DNA from: a virus
Lineage: Duplodnaviria > Caudoviricetes
IMG/VR virus record: IMGVR_UViG_3300010052_000181
Location: 1 to 59,328 of that record
Length of the DNA stretch: 59,328 nt
Direction: 5' to 3' (one strand)
The notes beneath the pieces were generated by a model. The model was not told the DNA's origin, made no database searches, and worked only from the letters and a program-made list of their open reading frames with translations. The position numbers were made by a program, and so were the translations under genes. Positions 54,285 through 59,328 of the stretch are shown here, piece after piece (the stretch's first letter is position 1; each line of letters opens with the position of its first letter).

Positions 54285-56024
54285 ATGACAATCCCCGTCG
54301 CCGCCTTAGAACGCCACATCGGCATCCTCGGCAAGACCGGTTCCGGCAAGTCCAACGCCGCGAAGGTGCTGGCCGAAGGCATCATGCAGGGCGGCGGCAG
54401 GGTTTGCGTCATCGATCCCACCGGCACATGGTGGGGTGTCCGCCTCTGGCCGAACGGGAAGCCGTCGCGGTTCAAGCCCGTCATCTTCGGCGGCAACCAC
54501 GCTGACATCGCGATCTCAGCCGAGCACGGCGCGGCGGTAGGTGAGGCGATTGCCACGGCCTCATCGTCGGCGATCATCGATACCCGGTTGATGACGGTCG
54601 GCGCCAGGACGCGGTTCTTCACCGGCTTCGGCGAGGCACTGCTGCGCACGAACAAGGGTCCGCTGCATCTCATCATCGACGAGGCTCACCTCTTCGCGCC
54701 TCAGGGCAAGGTCAATGATCCGCAGTCCGGCGCTATGCTGCATGCAGCCAATAACCTGGTCAGCTTGGGGCGGGGGATCGGCCTTCGCATCATGCTGATC
54801 AGCCAGCGGCCGGCGAAGCTGCACAAGGACAGCCTTACCCAGATCGAGACCCTGGTCGCGCTGCGCCTGATCGCGCCGCATGACAGGCGCGCCATCGACG
54901 ACTGGATCGGCGAGTGGGCTGACCCGGCGAAGGGCAAGGAGATCACAGCGTCGTTGGCGTCGCTGCCGACCGGGACGGCATGGGTGTGGTCGCCGGAGAT
55001 CAATCTGCTCGATCAGATCAAGTTCCCGCTGGCCGCTACATTCGACAGCGGCAAGCCGCTATCCTTTGGCGAGGCAGCCCCGGAATTGACGCCGATCGAC
55101 ATCAAGGAGGTCGGCGACCGGCTGGACAACATCCGTCAGGAGGCGGAGGCCAACAACCCGGCGCGGCTGAAGGCGGAGATCAACAGGCTGACGGCGGCAT
55201 TAAATAAAAGTCCGAAACACGACATGCCCGATCCGGCAGCGATCGAGGCGGCGCAGGCCAAGGCTTACAGCGACGGCTACAAAGAAGGACGCAAGGCTGG
55301 GCAGCACGACGCGTGGATCGAGGGCGAGAGCGCCATCCGCGCCGAGATCGGACGGCTGCAGCAAGACAGCGATAGCGTTGCAAGAGATGCCGCTGCCGTG
55401 CATCGCAGCCTGAAGTCTCTCGATCAGGCTATAGCGAAGTTCTCAAACCGGCCCCGTCCAGACGTCCAGAATCCTGCCCCGGCAGCCACTGCGCCCGTGA
55501 GACAACTGAAGCGTCCGTCGCCAATCGCTCCAAAAACTGAAGTGTCGGGGGGTCGGCTAATCCTGACCAACCCGCAGAGCGCGCTGCTCGCCACCCTGGC
55601 CTGGTGGCGTGCCATGGGTCATGCGGAACCGACTCGAGCACAGATCGCCGCCAAGGTCGGCTGGAAGGTTGGCGGTTCCAATCTCAGGAATCGGTTTGCT
55701 GATCTCTCCGGCCTGGGCCTGATCGAATATCCGTCGACCGGACTGGTCCGGCTCACCGAGGCCGGCGTTGCGGCCGCACCGGAGCCCGATGTCGCCGACG
55801 GCCTGATCGAAAGCATCCGCCGGGAGCTGACCAACCCGCAGCGGTCGCTTTTTGACGTCCTGCTCAACGCTGCGGGACCGATGTCGCGGGAGCAGATCGG
55901 TGCCGCGCTTGGATGGGAGCCCGGAGGGTCGAACCTTCGCAATCGCCTCGCTGACCTCTCCGCGCGCGAGCTTATCCGCTATCCCGGCAAGGGCATCGTC
56001 GAGCTGCAGGAGTGGGTGCAATGA
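54285..56024 (+). CDS. HerA/FtsK-like (DUF87) ATPase with coiled coil and two C-terminal wHTH repeats
   Basis: GKTGSGKS, IDPTG, IIDEAH, GRG.G, SQRPA; LTNPQ...GW..GGSNLRNR.ADLS twice. Confidence 0.85.
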   Translation: MTIPVAALERHIGILGKTGSGKSNAAKVLAEGIMQGGGRVCVIDPTGTWWGVRLWPNGKPSRFKPVIFGGNHADIAISAEHGAAVGEAIATASSSAIIDTRLMTVGARTRFFTGFGEALLRTNKGPLHLIIDEAHLFAPQGKVNDPQSGAMLHAANNLVSLGRGIGLRIMLISQRPAKLHKDSLTQIETLVALRLIAPHDRRAIDDWIGEWADPAKGKEITASLASLPTGTAWVWSPEINLLDQIKFPLAATFDSGKPLSFGEAAPELTPIDIKEVGDRLDNIRQEAEANNPARLKAEINRLTAALNKSPKHDMPDPAAIEAAQAKAYSDGYKEGRKAGQHDAWIEGESAIRAEIGRLQQDSDSVARDAAAVHRSLKSLDQAIAKFSNRPRPDVQNPAPAATAPVRQLKRPSPIAPKTEVSGGRLILTNPQSALLATLAWWRAMGHAEPTRAQIAAKVGWKVGGSNLRNRFADLSGLGLIEYPSTGLVRLTEAGVAAAPEPDVADGLIESIRRELTNPQRSLFDVLLNAAGPMSREQIGAALGWEPGGSNLRNRLADLSARELIRYPGKGIVELQEWVQ

Positions 56025-56242
56025 CGCGGGCGGAGCATCTGGCTTGGGCGAAGGCGCGCGCGCTGGAACTCGTCGACGCCGGGGAATTGGAACAGGCCGT
56101 CGCTTCGATGATCTCCGACCTCGGCAAGCATGAAGGAACCGTCATGCACGGCGCGCCAGCATCGGTGGTGATTGCTTTGGGCATCGCGGAGGTCGATCGC
56201 GGCGCTGCCGCTGTCCGTCACTGGATCGAAGGCTTCAACTGA
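56021..56242 (+). CDS. Hypothetical phage protein
   Basis: ATGA coupling; RAEHL.W.K.RALE...SDL.KH...IEGFN. Confidence 0.7.
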   Translation: MTRAEHLAWAKARALELVDAGELEQAVASMISDLGKHEGTVMHGAPASVVIALGIAEVDRGAAAVRHWIEGFN

Positions 56243-56257
56243 AAAGGGAAAATCGCA

Positions 56258-56746
56258 ATGGCGGGTAGCGTCAATAAAGTCATTTTGGTGGGAAATTTGG
56301 GCGCCGATCCCGAGATCCGGCGCATGAACAGCGGCGATGCGGTGGTCAATCTCCGCATCGCGACATCGGAGAGCTGGCGCGACAAGAACTCGGGCGAACG
56401 CAAGGAAAAAACCGAGTGGCATCAGGTGGTTATATTCAATGAGAATATTGCCAAGGTGGCGGAGCAATATCTGAAGAAGGGCATGAAGGTCTACATCGAG
56501 GGCCAGCTGCAGACCCGCAAATGGGAGAAGGATGGCGTCGAGCGCTATTCGACTGAGATCGTGCTGCAGAAGTACCGCGGCGAGCTTCAGATGCTGGATT
56601 CGCGCGGGCAGGGCGACGGTGGCGGCGATCGGCGGGATGACCGCCGCGACGACAGGCGCGATGACCGCTCCAGTGGCGGCGGTACCAGCAGCCGGTCATC
56701 GCGCGAGCTCGACGACGAGATCCCGTTCGGTCCGGAGTGGCGGTAA
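56258..56746 (+). CDS. ssb: Single-stranded DNA-binding protein
   Basis: [28 protein letters not shown] tail. Confidence 0.97.
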   Translation: MAGSVNKVILVGNLGADPEIRRMNSGDAVVNLRIATSESWRDKNSGERKEKTEWHQVVIFNENIAKVAEQYLKKGMKVYIEGQLQTRKWEKDGVERYSTEIVLQKYRGELQMLDSRGQGDGGGDRRDDRRDDRRDDRSSGGGTSSRSSRELDDEIPFGPEWR

Positions 56747-57162
56747 TGGCCGACGCCGTCCAGCACCCCCCACATTACGGTGGCGACGCCATCTACGAGA
56801 CGATCAAGGTCCTGGAGGCTTGGTTGTCACCCGAGCAGTTCATAGGATTCTGCCGGGGCAACACGATCAAATATCAGTCGCGCGCCGGTAAGAAGGGCGA
56901 CGTGGCCGAGGATCTCCGCAAGTCGGAGTTCTACAGCGCCTATGAGCGCGATTTCCGGCGCCGGCTCGATATAGCCGAGATCGGGGAGGAGCGCGCAGCG
57001 TCGATCGCGGCCGTGGTTTCCACGATGCTGCTCGATCACCAGGTCAGGGAACTGCTCGACGCGCTTGATGTGCCGGCAGAGGCTCGGCCCGCGCACCGCG
57101 GCGAGGCCTTCAAGATGGCGATCGATCTCGTCAAGAGGCGCGAAACAAGGAGTTCAACCTGA
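56746..57162 (+). CDS. DUF3310 (T7 gp1.7-like nucleotide kinase family) protein
   Basis: D.V.HP.HY...ETI...GFC.GN.IKY..R.GKK...EDL.K. Confidence 0.8.
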   Translation: MADAVQHPPHYGGDAIYETIKVLEAWLSPEQFIGFCRGNTIKYQSRAGKKGDVAEDLRKSEFYSAYERDFRRRLDIAEIGEERAASIAAVVSTMLLDHQVRELLDALDVPAEARPAHRGEAFKMAIDLVKRRETRSST

Positions 57163-57229
57163 TGGACAAGATTAGTGTTCTCGACCACGGATTCGTCAGG
57201 CTCGACGCGTTTCTCGAGGAGGTCGGGCT

Positions 57230-57553
57230 GTGACCGTCCGGTGCGCGACATGCGGTCAAGCGACGCCCGCCTTCGACGCGGAAGCGGCGATCTTCACCGC
57301 TCGGCTCTCGCATCTGCAGGCTCGCATTTTCAGGGCGCTAGCCTCCGGTGACGGCCAGTTCGTTTCTTGGTCGGAAATCGCCGCACAAGCCTACAGCACC
57401 GATCCAGCAGGCGGACCCGATGACGTCGCAAACGTGATCAGCGCGATGGTACACCGCATGAGGGCGAAGCTTCGGCCGCTCGGTCTTTCGATCGACGGGC
57501 ACAAGGGCGGCGATGGCGGGTATAGGCTTTCGGTGAAGGAAGACCTGAGATGA
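57230..57553 (+). CDS. CxxC + OmpR/PhoB-type wHTH protein (no receiver)
   Basis: CATCGQ; LS..Q.RIF..L....G..VS...Y...NVI...V.R.R.KL...I....G..GYRL. Confidence 0.75.
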   Translation: MTVRCATCGQATPAFDAEAAIFTARLSHLQARIFRALASGDGQFVSWSEIAAQAYSTDPAGGPDDVANVISAMVHRMRAKLRPLGLSIDGHKGGDGGYRLSVKEDLR

Positions 57554-58047
57554 CGCCATCTGCTACAATCATTCACCGCTATCGGTTCCTAACGGCTGAG
57601 GTCGTCGAGGCCCTTGGCGTCAGCCAGGACTGCCTCGCCTACAGCATCTCGATCGACGCCGGTGGGCTTGTCGTGGATGTCGTCGAGCCGGGAATTAACT
57701 CCCAAGGTTCGCAGACGAACTCCCAAGGTTCGGCTGATCCGACGCCGTCGATCGCGGACGGTGACGCCGAGTCGCCGCCATGGGACGAGGAAGAGACCCC
57801 GGCGCCCGAGCCGGAGCTGAAAGGTGGCCCGCTAGCCCAGCGCGCGTCGATCTGTTGCGGGGAGGGAAGTTTCCGGCTGCTGCTTGGTGTGCAGACCGCC
57901 GAAGATGCCAGAGCGGAGATATTGCGCCGCTGCGGGATCACAACCCGCAAGATGCTCGATCACGATGACAGAGCAGCCGCGATCTGGCGCGCGATCGACG
58001 GCAAGTATCGACTCTGGTTGGACGGTCATGATGTCGAACTCGATTGA
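57550..58047 (+). CDS. Hypothetical phage protein
   Basis: ATGA coupling; A..I.C....F...CGI..R..LD pattern. Confidence 0.65.
   Translation: MTPSATIIHRYRFLTAEVVEALGVSQDCLAYSISIDAGGLVVDVVEPGINSQGSQTNSQGSADPTPSIADGDAESPPWDEEETPAPEPELKGGPLAQRASICCGEGSFRLLLGVQTAEDARAEILRRCGITTRKMLDHDDRAAAIWRAIDGKYRLWLDGHDVELD
57697..57732 (+). repeat. 15-bp direct repeat AACTCCCAAGGTTCG (two copies, 21-bp period, in frame)
   Basis: 57697-57711 and 57718-57732. Confidence 0.8.
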
Positions 58048-58231
58048 CGACCGACCGGCCACGCGTGTGCGCGCCAGCGAGGCCGCGATCACGGCGGCGC
58101 TAAACGCGCTGCGCGCCACCGGACACCACGTCCAGGCGCTGTGGATAAGCGGTGGAAAAGTCGAAATCAGGTGCAGTCCGCTTGAGGGCGCGCCCGAGCC
58201 CGAAAAGGATGGAGGCCTCAAGGATTGGTGA
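58028..58231 (+). CDS. Small protein upstream of integrase (possible excisionase/RDF)
   Basis: Position and size only. Confidence 0.45.
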   Translation: MMSNSIDDRPATRVRASEAAITAALNALRATGHHVQALWISGGKVEIRCSPLEGAPEPEKDGGLKDW

Positions 58232-59328
58232 GGTCTGCTGTGAAAGTCGATTATCCCGGGCTGTTGCTCGAGCCGCTGCCTTCGGGTGCCATGCGCTACC
58301 GGGTCCGTCCTGCCGGCGATCGCGCGAGGCGTATCCGCATCCATTGCGGCCCCGGCCACGACGACTTCCAGCGCCAGTATCTCGCGGCACGCCGCGGCGA
58401 AACTCCAGAGCCGCTTAAGGCGGCGTCAGACTACGCCCTTCCGAAATCGATCGGCTGGCTGGTCAACGCCTATTTCGAGTTCTTGGCTCGACGTGTCGAC
58501 GCCGGCACGACCAGCGCAAAGACTGTGAAGAAGAAGCGCAACCTGCTCAATCGTCTGCTCGCCGATCCCGACCGCAAGATGCTCATTCCGCACGAAAAGC
58601 TCATCGAGATGCATGACACGATGGGCGCGACGCCCGCCCAGGCTGACGCCTTCATCGAGGCGGTTGCAGTCATGTACGACTGGGCGATCGAGCGCAAACA
58701 CATGCGGGAAAACCCCGCGCGCGGCATCAAGGCGGTTTACCAGAAGGGGGAGGGCGCAACGCCATGGAATGCCGGAGACGTGAAGGCATTCTTTGCCAGG
58801 CATGCGACGGGGTCGAAGGCGCACGTAGCCATGTCGGTCCTGCTGTGGACCGGCTGCCGTATCGAGGATCTCACCATGCTCGGCCGCGCGCATGAATGCG
58901 TGATCGAAGGGATAGAGGCAGTCCGCTGGCAACCGCTTAAGAAGGGGTCGACGGAGGTTGCCGTGCCGCTGCTGCCGCCGCTGAAGGCGGCGACCAGGGC
59001 GCCGAAGGTGCAGGGCGCAACGTACGTTCTGGGCAGGGGAGGAAAGGCCTACGCGAGCGGCGACTCGATGTCCGCTATGTTCAAGCGCTGGTGCCAAGAG
59101 GCGGGCTTATATAACCTGTCCGCTCATGGGGTCCGCAAAGGCCTCGCTGAGCTGCTCGCGGAGCTGGGTTGCAGCCAGTACGACATCATGGCGATCCTTG
59201 GCCATTCGGAGGCCAAGACGAGCGAGGTCTATACGCGGAGAGTGGAGCGTTGGCGGCTGGCGGCCAAGGCCATCAAGCGAGTCAGTGTGTCCCACGACTG
59301 GTTCTCGCGTGGGACACATTCGGCCTGA
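58228..59328 (+). CDS. int: Tyrosine integrase
   Basis: TGCRIED (R), HGVRK (HxxR), LGH, EVYTR (Y); start 58228 or 58240. Confidence 0.93.
   Translation: MRSAVKVDYPGLLLEPLPSGAMRYRVRPAGDRARRIRIHCGPGHDDFQRQYLAARRGETPEPLKAASDYALPKSIGWLVNAYFEFLARRVDAGTTSAKTVKKKRNLLNRLLADPDRKMLIPHEKLIEMHDTMGATPAQADAFIEAVAVMYDWAIERKHMRENPARGIKAVYQKGEGATPWNAGDVKAFFARHATGSKAHVAMSVLLWTGCRIEDLTMLGRAHECVIEGIEAVRWQPLKKGSTEVAVPLLPPLKAATRAPKVQGATYVLGRGGKAYASGDSMSAMFKRWCQEAGLYNLSAHGVRKGLAELLAELGCSQYDIMAILGHSEAKTSEVYTRRVERWRLAAKAIKRVSVSHDWFSRGTHSA

Larger units (their letters stand above)
1..59328. mobile_element. Temperate siphovirus prophage (HK97-like head), alphaproteobacterial host; att sites not identifiable inside the window
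   Basis: Complete ordered modules: lysis, tail, head, terminase, HNH, replication, cI/cro switch, recombination, integrase ending at 59328. Confidence 0.95.

Noticed and set aside
56626-56668. RRDD repeats in the SSB linker
   Set aside because: Low-complexity disordered linker typical of SSB tails
57697-57732. 15-bp direct repeat as att or integrase arm site
   Set aside because: In-frame duplication (NSQGS twice) in a disordered linker; no matching copy noticed at the other end of the window
1-59328. CRISPR array, tRNA/rRNA genes, IS elements, reverse transcriptase/DGR, full CtrA boxes
   Set aside because: None seen by eye: no repeat-spacer periodicity, cloverleaf, transposase or RT motifs, or TTAA-N7-TTAA; a tool scan could still find weak cases

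Overview
The window is a nearly complete, apparently intact temperate siphovirus prophage (HK97-type head, non-contractile tail) from a GC-rich alphaproteobacterium. DUF982, GcrA, CtrA-like and GapR-like genes point to Hyphomicrobiales/Rhizobiales. Left to right it holds an accessory end (1-1.5 kb), a lysis cassette, tail and head genes and terminase on the minus strand. Next come a packaging-linked ParB-N/ABC-ATPase-GNAT/formyltransferase/ASCH operon, a probable cos region with HNH, a late regulator and primase-helicase. The leftward early operon carries ParB, a HerA-like ATPase, CtrA-like, RuvC-like, GapR-like, GcrA, CII-like and Cro genes. After the CI switch, the rightward early operon carries YqaJ, ACP, an exonuclease, a RecD-like helicase, a second HerA-like ATPase and SSB, and ends in a tyrosine integrase at the window edge. 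Best candidates for undescribed biology: (1) the putative DNA-modification operon beside the packaging genes; (2) an operator-controlled 22-aa peptide plus XRE repressor with acr-aca-like layout; (3) a set of host cell-cycle regulator mimics, including a CtrA-like protein lacking the phospho-acceptor; (4) a structured RNA that buries the RBS of a small membrane protein beside the lysis genes. All family calls come from motif recognition by eye; no database search was run.
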